In this document: positions 1-13,365 of the stretch, in pieces
Numbering within the stretch: position 1 is the stretch's first letter
Layout of the letters: each line of letters opens with the position of its first letter
Source of the DNA: Lama guanicoe
Lineage: Eukaryota
Direction: 5' to 3'
Assembly: GCA_013239625.1 (NCBI GenBank)
Contig: MU054001.1
Location: forward strand, 5,753,078-5,817,077
DNA: 64,000 nt
The notes under the pieces: generated by a model
What the model saw: only the letters and a program-made list of their open reading frames with translations
The model's database searches: none
Told to the model about the DNA's origin: nothing
Made by a program: the position numbers and the translations under genes

Positions 1-844
1 CAAAGTCCACCCCAGACACGGCTGGAGCAGCCACTCCCTAGCTCAGGACCACCCTGTGTGTCTGCTTTACAGAATCAATCTCAACTGATAATCATCTGTT
101 AATTTGTTTCTTTTCCCTACTAATGTAAGCTCCACGAAGGTAGAATCACCCCTTGTCTGTTTACTCCTGTATTGCCAGCAGCACACATTTACTGAAAATG
201 GAACTCCTTCTAGGAGAAATGACAGAACCTCAACTTTTATCTTCATGGAGAATACAGACTTTTAAACCCCAAAAGGCACGTCCCAGCACCTTGGGAACAC
301 CTCACCATGGCCTCCAGTACTCCTAGTATAATCTGTCTCTCCAGACTCTTGACCTAGGCAGGCGCAGAGAGGCAGGGAGGCGGCGATAGCCCCCGCGAGC
401 ACCGCATACAGCAGAAGGCTGGCTGCTCAGGGGGGCTGGGTCACACTTCTCTAACAAAACACACAGAACACAAGCGTGGGGTCAGGCCGGGAACCAAATC
501 TTAGTTCTGGCAAAAGGTGCATCTTCTCACAAGTCACTTAAACACGCTAAGCCTGGTTCCTCAACTGGTATCGGAAAGACGCCATACCTGAAGACTCGAT
601 GTGTTGCTTGTGACAGGGTCTCCTCCAGTGCCTGACACCTAACAGATACACAAACAGAAAGTGGCCAAGAAGCCCAACCCGACCTCTCCCACCCCAAAAC
701 ACAGCACTACAGTCGGTGAGAATATAAGTGAAAATCTGATGTAGAGCAGACGCCTTTTCTGTAAAACTGCCATACTTCAGTGATTCTCTTTTAGCAGGAA
801 AGGGCAGGAATGAGCATGGTCTGCAGGGACAGGGAAAGCATACT

Positions 845-960
845 GGACTTGCACTTGGCTGAGCTAAGTTTAAATACTGGCTTCACTGGTTGCACCTGAT
901 GTGAATTTGCATGATTCATTTAACCTCTTTAAGTTTTTCTCTGTCTGTAAAATGGGGGAC
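845..960 (+). repeat. MIR fragment (further MIR/L2 fragments near 100-190, 4190-4320, 7770-7880, 8620-8770, 10150-10280, 21330-21410, 42480-43130, 55990-56460, 62700-63300)
   Basis: MIR core motif atttaacctctttaagtttttctctgtctgtaaaatgggg. Confidence 0.6.
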
Positions 961-2716
961 TCCAAGGACAGTGAAAGCCCTCGTGGACAATGAAGAAATG
1001 ATCCATAAATCTTAATCTCATAGGTGCAAAAGCTGGGGCAGAGGGTGGTTAAAAACTTGGGGGCTGATGGTCATCAAGGTAGAGAAGGAAACGCCCGGCG
1101 ACAGGGTGAATTCTCTCAAGTGTAGAAAAGGTGAACAAAATGTCCCTCACTCCCAGGCACAGGACCTTCTATTCTAAGACTTACAGAAAAATAGAAGTCA
1201 AAGTGGCTACTGGATTCATGTCAGTGAAAGTGTAATACCTCAGATGCCACAAGAAAAATGAAACAGTTTCTCCAATGATTTCAAACAGAGCTGTTAAGCC
1301 ATGTTTATAAAACTACTCTTTCGGTCCTCTGGCTCTTTCTCTGCCAAAGCTCCAAGAATGTCAGCAATGCTTCCAAACCCAACAGGAGCAGAAATGGCTG
1401 GGAAGGAGGGGTGTGTGCAACAGAAGCGCACATCCATCTGTTGTGTTTATTAACGCCTCCGGTGTAAGCTCCGCAAGGACGGCTGGCGCGGACCGCTGTG
1501 GAGAGCCGAGAGGAGCAAGCCCGCCGGACACGCGCGTGCAGAACCTGTTTCCATCCTTGCTCACAACACCACCGCGCTCTCTTGGAACAGGAAAGCAGTG
1601 CTGGCCCACTTCCTCAACCAAGTTTTGCTCTGCTTCTTTCAACACTGCAAAATTTAAATCCACAATATCTTCAGAATTCTAACAACCAGAATAATGTTTC
1701 TGATTCTATGGTTCAGGACCAGATTCACCATCAAGAGTAAACGTGTTCTGTTCTTGTAGCTGAGAGCTCTTCAGGGGCTCGCAGGCATTAATGACCAGCT
1801 CAGAGTTTACGTAGACAAATAAGGCAGGTTTGGGGACTACTTCTCCTCTCCTCAGTTTTGAGGAAAACCTTATTTACTGGCAGTGATTTCAAATGTTAGA
1901 TGGTGAGGTTATCTTCTTCATAATTTACCAGATGTATCTTCTGAAAATCTTTTTTCCATATACTGAAAAGGTGATGGTAAGGCTTCTGAAGAAAGATGCT
2001 AATAAGCTCAGTAGTAAAATACATATTTTTCCTAGTAACTAACTCATAAAAGCTCAAGTAAGCATCCTATAAAACACATCACAGGGCCTTGGCAGTCACA
2101 GACTCAGACATCTCCTTCCATCCAGCTGCCTCAACTCAGTCAGCCCTGCTTCCTTCCAGGACTCTCCAGTTGGGCATTCTGCTGTGTGGGACAGTCAGGG
2201 GAGAGGTGGAAATGGGGTAGACCTGTACATGGGCTTAACCCAGAGAAACTAGTTATAACAAAGAAAGAACAGATCCTGGAAGACACCAGCTGGTCTGCAC
2301 TAGAGCAGCCTGAAGCTGAAGCCAGATTCCTGACTTCAGGTATTTTGTACTAGGCTGCTTTCCTCCTCCCCCAACAAGCCTTTGCTGGCACAGAGGAATC
2401 CTTAATTAAAGCACACACAATAGGAATATAGAATTTCTAAAGAGGAAAGTCAGAAACACTGTTCTTAAAATGGAACTGGATGCAGAGAAAAAGATCAGAC
2501 TGGGTTTCTAAAAGAGGGTCTGGCCAGGGTCTCTGGTGTTCTGCAAAAGCCACATTATCACATTAAGCACCAAAATTCAACACCACAGAGAAAACAAGTT
2601 TCCAAACTTAAGACAAAACTCAGCCTCCCCGAACACCCAAAGCTACTTCTCCCCTAGTCCATTAAGCAACCAACAGAGTGAACTGGTGGTACCAACAGCA
2701 AAACGAGAATGCTCAC

Positions 2717-2859
2717 CTCCATTTCATACATTGGGGGCCCGAGGATGTCTTTCAGAGCGTGGAAGTCAATCAAAATCGGCATTTCAGGTGGCAGGGCCAA
2801 GTCAGCAGTGTCACCGATAGATTCAGGTTTTGCATCTTCCAAAACATGTTCTCTGCAAC
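2717..2859 (-). CDS. LONP2: LONP2 exon 12 (143 nt): (G)CREHVLEDAKPESIGDTADLALPPEMPILIDFHALKDILGPPMYEME
   Basis: Acceptor gtttcttttag|GT, donor GAG|gtgagc; inside ORF 2654..2872. Confidence 0.95.
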
Positions 2860-5639
2860 CTAAAAGAAACACATACTTAAGAATTCTGACATTTGCAGGT
2901 ACGAAAATTCATTAGCAGTGAATATCAAATAGAAGCACAGTGGACTTCCAACAGTTCACTCGCCTTTATGCATTCATTAAGGCACAAAAATTCACCTTGC
3001 GCATCTGTGGAACGCAGGAGAAGAATCAGTGTTACAAGAGTCCCCTGAGGGTGACACAACGCATTGCCTTGTTCGTTTACTTTCACTTGTGTGTCCTTCG
3101 TCTCCTCCTTTACATTAAAGTGTAAGCTCCAGGTGGACAGCAACCTTGCCTGTCTTCTTTTTAACCATTATATTAACCCAAGAGCAATGCCTGGCACTAC
3201 TCAACTAATGGCCTTTGGAGGCCAGATACTCAAGGATCAGATGCAATAGATCACCTTGCACAAGTCTGTTAGATCAACACAACTCAAACGCTTCAATTTC
3301 CTCTTCAGAGGCCTTCCATCAGGTGTCCTATTTCCTGACAGGCAACGTGAACTTGGCAGTGACAGGACCCATGTAAGCAATGCCTCTTCTGTAAACATAG
3401 TTCAACTCCAAGGTTATCATTTTCCAATAAAAACAAACGTAACTGGCAGTGCCAGGGTAAGAGAACATGAAGCCGGGCTTGAAACCCCTAGAATAGTGGG
3501 CTTATTTCCCTTACCTGCTTGCTGACACCTTGTCAAAGTACTGACTCGTTCTGGTTGAGACCAGACATCCAGGGAACAGGAGACAAGTGACCTACCAGAC
3601 TACCTTTCCTACTGGTCTTTGTAACTCCGATTTGAGTAAAGAAAAATGTTACTTAAGTATAGCCAGAAACCTAAAACGAGAAGAGGTTTAAAAAATGTAG
3701 GCGATATTTGGCTCTATTCGCCCTCGTTCCTTGCTTTGCTTTGCTTTTACTTTTGCCGTGATTCTTCTAGTTCTTGTACTATCTCATGAAGTGTTTTGAA
3801 ATATCTTTCCTTACCTTCCTTACATACACCCTTCCTTCAGGAAATGGCTACTGTATACATTAGTTTACAACATGTAGTAATTGTAAAGTCACCTAAGCAC
3901 TGTATACCTGTACATATTTTAGTTTTGCTATGATTCTTCAACTCTGATAGCTCATTTAGTTTAAAAAATTGTTTCTCACTAACTTTTCTTTTCAAAAGTG
4001 ATTACTTAGCATGTTTAATAATATTAGACCTTAATCTTGGACTCTAACAAAGTCCCCAAATGACCTCCGTGTGTCGCAGCCTTGCGGGGACCTTGCTGTG
4101 AAGGGCTCTCTTTAGTCTGCTCTCCCGCAGGGGCTCCTCTTCAAGACCGAACCACGAGTGAAAACAGACAGCCAGCAAGTGGCAAAAAATTTGAACTGCT
4201 ATGTGATCCTATGCAAAGCATTAAGCCTCTCACTACCTCTCTCTACGGGATTCCTGTGAGAATTAAAGGGGAAACCCTCTGTAGACTGCACAGTGTGCTG
4301 TGCATACCGGATCCTAAATGTGAGTCTTGAGGTGTATATATATATATATTTTCTCACAGTCAAACCTCTGTAACATCACTTGATCTTTCAAAGTTTGGCT
4401 CCAACAGATTCTAGGAAGTCTTCCCTGATCTTTCCAAGTTCTAACACACATACTTATCTGCTTCACAAAGTCCAGCAATGCCTGGGCTACTCAGCAGCTT
4501 GTGGGAGCCTCTCTGCCTGCTGCTCTGTTTGCAGCGTATCCCAGCGACGTCAACGACCAAGGGCGGGAAGGCACCTGAACCATCAGTTCAGCTACACGTA
4601 GATCTCAGAGTGGCACAGAAACCAGGTGTCACTGCTTAATTAAAATTAATGCACAGGGTAAAAAGCACTCCTGTCTAAGGTTACTGCACCCTAAAAAGGA
4701 AGGGCTCTGAAACCCTAGCCCATGCACAGAAGAGGCTGCCGGTCTCGTCAGCCTGCAAGTGCTTCGGAACGGGCTTTCCTGAGGTCTAATTACTGCCTGG
4801 AATTCACGATCACAGGAGGAAGGAAAGCTGGGAGGGATGGCTGAAAGCCAATCCACAGCTATGTGACCAATGCTTTGGGACATCCCACCCCTTTCCAAGT
4901 GAAGTAGTGAATCCAGCACTTTGAGCCCTGGAGGCTTAGGGGTGGGGAGAGCTATTTCTAATGCAACTAGACCTCATAATACGAAGGAAGGCAGTTCACT
5001 CCCGGCCTTAGGCACAGCAGCTGTATGATGAAAAATTCAGTAAACTGAGAACTAATCTGTGCTTCAGAGTGTTCCATCACGGCACACAAGCCTAGAAAAC
5101 TAAAGCTCAAGTCAAGAAAATGGTGCCAGCTGATCAGGAGACAGGCTGGCACTGGATCTTAAGAATCATCCACTGCACCTTGTGTAATGCAAAGTGAGAG
5201 TAAGGAAATGCTGGATGTTCACAGACACACACTCTTGGTTCCTCACTAAGACAAACAGCAAGTGAAACATCGTCTCACCAGCACGCCATTCAAAAAAACA
5301 TGAGGCTTAGGGTATGGCTGACTCTTCTGGGTCCTACGTACAAGCTTTCAGGACTCAGCTCGCCTGTCATGTTCTCTCCTGTCCGAAGGGGTCTGCACAA
5401 AGAGAAGACAGTGGCTGAGTCCCTGGGACTCATTACCGGCCTTGCCCCAGACTGTCACATTCAAGCCAGATGGACTTTTGAAGGCAAGACAAATAACAAT
5501 AATTAAATAAAAGTTCAACCGCCCTATAATATGGACCGTGTCCCACAGTTTCCTACTGAAACTGTACAGTTAACTTTTTTTTGTGTATGCCCTTATCTTG
5601 GGCTAAAACAGTGGTTCTTAACAAATGGTTAACAGTCAC

Positions 5640-6270
5640 ATGAAAAACACCAAGAAGCAAAGAAGTTTACATTATAAAAGCAAGGTACCGTCTTCTGGTT
5701 ACCAAATTAAAGAAAGCAGTAGAGAAGTTTAAGGAGTGGCAAAGATCAATGTTAGAGCAGAGAGAGATCCTCTCAAACACTGTTGCTTATGGAAGTATCA
5801 ATTGACTTGATCTTTCTGGAAAGCCATTTGTCAGTATATTGGAAGGCTCCCAAACACTCACAATCTCAGACCCAGTGATTCTATTTTTGCAGGAACCCAT
5901 CCTTAAGGGTATAACCGAAAGTTCAGACAAATGTTTAGACAACAGACCTACTCACTCCAGCACAATGTGTAAAAGCAAAAATCAGATCCAGGATAAATAT
6001 TCAACATGAGGAACACAGGTCAGTAAACCATGGTTCATCCATTCATCTCATAAAATACTACAGTCACTAAAGTTGTTTCCTAAGTGTTTTCAAGTGATGT
6101 GAGAAAATTCTTTTGAAACATCATCAAATGGAGGAACGGGGAGAGAATAAAATACCACATGCCATGATTTTTACCAATATAACATAATATAAATGTATAT
6201 GAGAATGAATGAAATGATACAGTCCAAAATGTTAACACAAGCTATTCCCTGGGTTATGAGGGTAAGATTC
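5640..6270 (+). mobile_element. Old L1ME-like 3' fragment
   Basis: tttctggaaagccatttgtcagtatatt...gacccagtgattctattttt...catggttcatcc...aaaatgttaaca. Confidence 0.6.
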
Positions 6271-9200
6271 CATGATGAGATAGTCAATAAATAATCACCT
6301 CCAATCCTGGCTCTGGCTTCCTAGGTGGCTTTAAAAAAAGTTACTTTATCTCTTTGTATCTGGTTTTCTAATCAGTAAAACCATAATAATTATAGCAACC
6401 CTCAGAGAGCTGCTGTGAGAATCTGATACTGCGGCATAAACGAGAGGAACTGAATTATACAGTTGGAGTAATATCTCATACAGACTTCTAAGACTCACAC
6501 GTCTTACTCCGTAGGCCCTTTCATTAGAAGAAAACAAAACGTTCTCTGCACCCCAGTCCCACCCAGGAGCCCACAGACGGAGCTTTGACTACAATCACAT
6601 GACTGCTGGGAATCCCATAAATTAAATACATTTAACAACAACAACAAAAAGGCACCAAGACTCAAGACTCTGTCCCAGGTTTCTCTCATGGGTATTATCA
6701 GCCTGTTCTGAGTCTAATTCAGGACAGAGAGAGGGTGGTCAGGGCATAACCAAGGAGCTTAACAGCAAGAAGGCAACAGCAGGGGCAGAAGCTGTAAGTT
6801 CCCTCGCTCTGCTCAACGGTGGCGGCCCTGCAGCAGGACAGATGTGAGCGGTGGCGAAGCAGGAGTGAGACTTGAGGGCGCTCCCCGATGGCCAAGCCAC
6901 AGCTGTTCCCAAAGCATCTTCCTTAGCTTCAAGCTCTTCCCAGGGAAGGGGCAGGCTTTCCTAAAGCAACTGCACTAGGACATCGCAGGGGGTCTTTCCC
7001 AGCCACCTCTCCTGTCAGAGGAACAGGATTTACGTGAAAGCAGGTCCAAGAGCCAGAGAATCACTGTGGGAAGGAGGGAGAAAGGATGATCTGAAGAGGG
7101 AGGAGAGGAGGAAGAAGACAGGGTGTGATACCTCAGGAAGCTCCAGTAGCTCTCTCTTTTTGTTTTTTAAGTTTCTTATCTCTTGAATAGATCTTGCAGT
7201 AAATGGTGTCTTTGGGCAGGTGACCAAGGGAAACCAAGAGAAGACAGCAGAGGCTGGGAGCAGGATACTAACACCAAAGACTATTCCCCAGAAAGGTGGG
7301 GAGACAAAAATCTACCCCACCACGAGCAGCCCCCAGTTATCTACAGGCATCTTCCCTCCAGACAGAACATTTTAGGTATCACTTACTGTTCTCTACATCC
7401 TGCTCACCTTGAAGCATACACTACACTCTCAAGCCCAGGCTCGTGAGTTCAAAAGCTACACTTTACGATGCAGCCATAAAAGGAACCCCTTCTTCCAGAT
7501 TACGAAATTTGTGTTCGCCTTCATGAATAACAGTTTTTTAATTCCTTTGGTGTCGGGATGGAGGGAAGGATAAGGTGTACAACACTGTTAACGATTAAGT
7601 AACAGGGCCCAGAAACAGGGGGTTAATTCTCCAAAGGAACAAATATGACCTGTTCCTGTCACACTAATATGTAGTCCCTGAGGATGCCCAGCCGTCATTC
7701 CAAGGCTTAGCAGAATTCAGAAAGAATCAGGAATTCAAGAAGCATAGGACAGAACTGTGATATATACAAATTTAAGAGCTAGGCAGAAAGTAAAAAATTC
7801 TGGTCCAATCCTTCATTTTATACTCAAGGAAACTGAGACCCAGGAAGGTTAAACAAGTCTCCTGAGGCCCACAGCAAATCACAGTATGAGGATTCCGACC
7901 CCCAGCCGAGGACACCCTTGGTCCCGCCCAAAGTTCAGTCTAGAAAAGCGCCCACAGCCCTGACAAGGCAGCCTGGTGGTAAATGTAGAGATCAGATTAC
8001 TTTCGTCTTGACTAAAAATGATCAACACAACTGGTATGACATACACAAATTCCCTTCTGTGACCACTGTCAGAAAAAACCATGAAAGACTTGGAAACGAG
8101 CCAAAATAGATGACTAGTTGTTCTGTAAGTGCTAGAAAACTAATAGTAATGCAGATGTTCTTGTCCATAGAAATGAAAATCCATTTTGCCTCCTCTCTTT
8201 CCAAGAAGCTGGTTTTGCAAATGAATGTCAGCACTCCTGATTGCCTATCTATGTGTCTACTTTCTGGATGCTCCACTGAACCAGATGTTAACATCTTACT
8301 GGTTCTCTCATTGATTAATAGAGTTAATTAAAATCTTTAACACATGTTCACTTTATATCTGTATAATAGTGATGATTTTGCCATTAAAAAGGATTATCCT
8401 TTAATATTGAACAAAAACAATTGTTTCTACAAAGCGACAAATTTTCCCAGTCGTCAACTCTTAGCCACTAAAAGTATCTGAAATGTTTAGATTAAAGAAC
8501 TTTAGGGCCTCAGACAGAGATATTAAATTGTTTTAGCTATAGAAACAAGAAACTTCCCATTTTCAGTATTCCTGACCTACAGGAATATCCAGCAGAGGTA
8601 TAACTGATACTCCTTACTTCTAAGAGGCCTTGGAGTCAGACAGCCTGGGTTTGTGGTCCACTACGCCGGCCATAACTCAACGAATGTATGGAGCACAGTC
8701 TTGGGTGAGGACCTCAACTCCCTATCTGTAAAGCGAAAGTTAGACGGAATGACCTCTAATCTTGCCATATCAACTCATCACAGTGCCTTATACAAACAGT
8801 ACAGGTTGTTCCACTAAGGTCTGCAGAATTAAATTGAATTTGGCTATTACATTCTCAAATCTTAATAATATCTGTGGACAAATGACAAATCACCAAAATA
8901 CTTAATCATTACTTTGATTTGCCAAGAAATTACCAGGTTTTTAATGCTGACTTGGTCAAGAAAATATAAACATTTTTAATCTGTGAAAAGTAAAGTATGT
9001 AAGAAAGTGATTACTGAACGATTAAAAATCTTTCTTGCAAGTTGAGTTCAATCACACTGGGCTCCTGAGTTTTGAAGCATGCAAACTGGGGTGCTGAACT
9101 GTATTTGTACGCAGGGCTAGGTGTGTTAACAGGTAGTTGGCAGAGAGGCTGCGCACGAGCCAGTGAAGGGGAGTACTGTTTACCTCGCAATCTCTTAGCA

Positions 9201-12074
9201 CACAGGGGTGTGTATCATGGATCCAGAACCCGTTTAGGCATAAGGAGAAAGATCTGTATGGCTGCAGTTATAAAACTGAAAAAAAAAAAAAAAAAAAGAA
9301 TCTACTTTAAAAAGTGAGATGAGATGCTGAGATTGTAAGTGTTTCTGTTATTTCTTCCAAGACAGTAGAAGTATCTGCCTCAAAGTTAAACTGACCGTAG
9401 AGAAAATGCATTTGAGAAGCTTCTCTTAGGAAGGCAGAAAGAGGAAAACAAAGTATCTTAAAAACAAATCAGAAAAACCTGAAATATTTTCAACTATATA
9501 ATTTGTCTGTCAGTTTCAGGTTGATCTTTTCCAGAAACCATGCCCCCAACCAGAGGAAGTGTGCTAAACGCAACTGAGATTCAAGTGACTGACCCCTACT
9601 GCCAAGAAAGCATTTGCGCCTGAATATTTTCAATTTGTGTGTGTTTTTTTTAAAGGAACTAGTCATAATGAAAAAATCTGTGGATCAAATGCCCAGAGAA
9701 GCCTTTATGCCAGCAATGAAATCTTCTAAGTCCTTTTTGCCAATATTTTCTTCATTTTGTGGGGGATGGTAATACAGCTTTAACATTACCAAATACACTT
9801 CCTTTCAAGTTTACCTACGACACATTTCTATATAATAACTGTTAAGATAGAGGTGGAAATCATAATTGGGAACCATTTTTCAACTTTAGTAGTAGTTACC
9901 TATTCGTGAAAATAAAGACCATCAAAAAAGACTATCTGGAAAACATTTTTCCCCGTCTATTTATCTATCCAGATTAATTTTGAGATGTAAGTGAATGATC
10001 ATTTTGTCTCAATTTACTAAAAGCAATTTTTAAAAGCTACCATATTTACAATAAATAAAATGAAGTTTACAATAAAAAAAATGATCAATCCAATGCCGCT
10101 ACAAAACTTTAAAAACCAGCATTTATCTGCTATCTAAAAATTATTTGTTTATGTATCTGCCTCCTCCAGTGGACTACACACTTGTTAGACATCTCTTTCA
10201 TCTGCTTCCCAGAGTCCAGTCTGGAACTTGGCATACAGTAAGTGTTCAGTGAATGCTAGCTGACTCACTGACTGAATAAATCAACATTATCCAAGACACA
10301 GGACCCTAACTTCATCCCAGACAAGAGGTTTGCACCCCATCTCCCAGAGGTTTTTTGGTATTAATAAATCTCACTTCCTGTGTCACAGATTCAGAAAATA
10401 GTCTTGGAGAATTGTCTGGATTATCAGCTAAAATGCAGAGACTGTCTGTAATATTTAAAAAAAAATAAGTACAGTTTTACTATCTTGTAACATAAGGCTG
10501 GTTTTGATAATAAGTCAATGATACTCAAAGGCCACTGAATCTTCCTATATGATTCATTAAATGGAACAATGACTTTTTAATTTCTTGACAATATTAGATT
10601 TTCCTGTCTCCAAATAGTTTAAATTTAAACAAAACATTTGGCTCCTATCATACGTAAGCAGGGTTTTCTTTTATCACAGCTTCCTTCCGGTCTACACAGG
10701 CAAACAAAGCTCTCTTAATCCAGGCTAGTACTGAAGAGGGAACAATCAGTAAACCAGTGTAAATGTCAGAAAAGAATATGTGGTGCCTCTTCATGACAGT
10801 GGCAATATATACCAAGGTGATCTTTTCATCTCACCATTGGAATACCACTTGATTTTAGATGTTTGGACACAACATGCTGCCTAACACCCCCTACAAATGC
10901 AAAGGATTTAGCATAGAAAGTCTTAATCTCTAAATTTAATTTTATCTTGGTTTGCAAAATCCAGTTAGTTGTAACAGAACCCTACAAGCCCCATAGCTTT
11001 AGAACCAGTATGCCTTGGGACTAAAACTCTCTCTGAAGTCCATATTCCTTAACAGTTAACCTTAGTTGTTCCTTTGGCTATTAGAAAATTTTATTTGTTC
11101 TGAGTCACTAATACAATCAAAGGAAAGATAAGGATGAACAGATTGAAGCAAGAATTTAAATACTGAAAATGCAAAAATGAATCAAAACTTTTTAGCCCTG
11201 TCGGTGCAACCTGCATCTTTAGTAAGAAATCAGCTCAAGTTTGATGGATGGACATTCAACAGCACAAACTTAAATGCTGGCTTAGAAAAATCCTTCTGAT
11301 AATAAAGTATCTTAGATCGTGATGACTACTGAACTGGTATGGCCGTTTAAATCAGTACATTCTGTACGAACATGCAGAAATTCTCAAAGTTGTGCTCCTT
11401 AAAGAGCAGGAAAATGTAGGCCAATTTAAATTTTAGCCCATATAACAGTACTAAAACTGGGAACTGTCATGCTGTGTTCAAAGACCTCTTACCATCAGAC
11501 TTAGGCATTTCTTCAGAAACTAACAATCTGACTTCTGAGTATTATTGTAACAATATAAAATAAACAGCCAAAGCATCCAGTCTGTGGTTTTGGGGCTCAG
11601 AGGCACACACACAAATTACTCTCTTTTTTGTTCTAACTCTAGCCAGAAAGGAAGGGAATTAGGTTAGAGGATTTTTATATGTAACTGGAACCAAGTAATA
11701 AGAAACGACTCAATTATCCTTGCTTCACTGAAAACAGCTAACAAAGTTTTTATGTCCCAAAACAAAACAAACAAGAACACTATCAACAAAATCCCCATTA
11801 AAAGTTGACAAATAAAGGTTGTTTTGGTTGTTACTAAAGAATCATTCATTTGCTTGTGGGTCTTATTAAGTTTTTCTCCCCTGAAGGCGTGCCCGAATTA
11901 TATAGCTATTCTTAACTGTTTCTGCAGCACAGCAATTTCCACTCTATTAACAACCCAAACCACAGGGTTTCTTTAAATCTCTAAACAAATTATTTCAATC
12001 CTCAGAAATGGGGGGTGTATTAATAGAAATGAAATATATAACAACCTTCTTTAAAATAAGCAAACCAAAAATCC

Positions 12075-13365
12075 ATGGGAGCCAGCCTTCAGCATGGCCC
12101 CCAAGGACACTACCCCTGACCACTGCCATCTCTCACTGTGCCACGGTTGGTCTGTGTGGCCAACAGAATGCGGCAGAAGTGATGATTATAAAAGACTGCA
12201 GCTTCTGTCTTGGGCTCTCAATTTCTCCCTTTCACACAGCACTCTTTCTGGGGAAGCCAACAGCTATGTCCTGAGCCTAGGGAGAGGCCTAAGTGATGAG
12301 AAATTGAAAATCTGGCCAAGAGTCAGCACGGAACTTAAGGCCACTACGTGATACTGTGATTTATGAGAGGCACGTATATACTTGGTCATTCGGATGACCA
12401 AATATACTTCTCAGTATATCTGCCCACAGCTCCTGGCTCACAGCTCCCCAAACCTTTAGAATATCCTGTGTTAAAAATGATCAAGGTGTCTTTTGTTAGG
12501 TGAATGAGGTGACTTTTAGAAGTACTTAGGATGGGTGCTGGTTGCCAGGAGATTAGAGGGTTGAAACCTTCTATCGCACCCAATGATTTTGGGGTGGGGG
12601 GGCGCTTAAGGTTAAACCCGTCACCATTGGCCAACAATCTAGTCACTCACAACTATGTAATGAAGCACCATAAAAACCCCAAAGGACAGTTTTTTGGTCC
12701 TTTTTTGGAGAGCTTCTGCATGCCAGGCCCCAGGCTCCAGGACAGAGGCGCCTTTGTTCAAGATCTCACCCTATGTAGCTGATGCGTATCCTTTAATATC
12801 CTTTTATAATAAATCAGTAATCTAGCTCGTAGAGGCGGAGGTCTCCTGGATTTGGTGAGCCGTTTAAGCAAATTAATTAAACCTGAGGAAGGCATCGTGG
12901 GAACCTCCGATTTGAGCCAGTTGGTCAGAAGTACAGGGAATAGCCTGGGCGTGCGACCGGCCTCTGCATGAAGAGCGGTCTTATGGGACTGAGCCCTCTG
13001 CCTGTGGAATCCGAGGCTGTCTCTAGGTAGACAGGGTCAGAATTGAGTTGAACTCTGGGACACCCAGCTGGTGTCCCAGAATTGCTTGTTGGTGTGGGGA
13101 AGCCTCCACACACATGCTGGAATGGAGTCTCACGACCCTTTTCAGCTAATGACCATGTAAGTGAGCTTGGACGCCGTTCTTCCCTACGGTGACCCTCCTG
13201 GTGGCTAACAGCCTGAGTGGAGCCTCGTGAGAGGTCTCGAGTCAGAACTACCTGGCTAACCTGCTCCTGGACTCTGACCTACAGATACCGTGAGATGACA
13301 AGTGTTTGGTAATTGCTTTACTAAGTTTGGGGGTAATTTGTTACACAGTATTGAATAACGTAAAA
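12075..13365 (+). mobile_element. MLT1 (ERVL-MaLR) LTR split by the MER21-like LTR (pieces about 12075-12346 and 13145-13365)
   Basis: catggcccccaagg...ccaacagaatgcggcagaagtgatg; 3' piece ctctgacctacagataccgtgagat...ctaagtttgggggtaatttgttacacag. Confidence 0.7.
12347..13144 (+). mobile_element. MER21-like LTR inserted into an MLT1 LTR
   Basis: (c)gtgatactgtgat...tatctgcccacagctcctggctcacagctcccc...gtgggaacctccgatt...gggtcagaattgagttgaa...ttca; flanks acta/gcta. Confidence 0.75.

Noticed and set aside
1361..1740. Overlapping ORFs of 80-100 aa on both strands
   Set aside because: No recognisable homology or splice context; explained by local GC richness.
11319..11400. gtgatga box C-like motif suggesting a C/D snoRNA
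   Set aside because: On the strand opposite the host gene; no properly placed box D or terminal stem seen.
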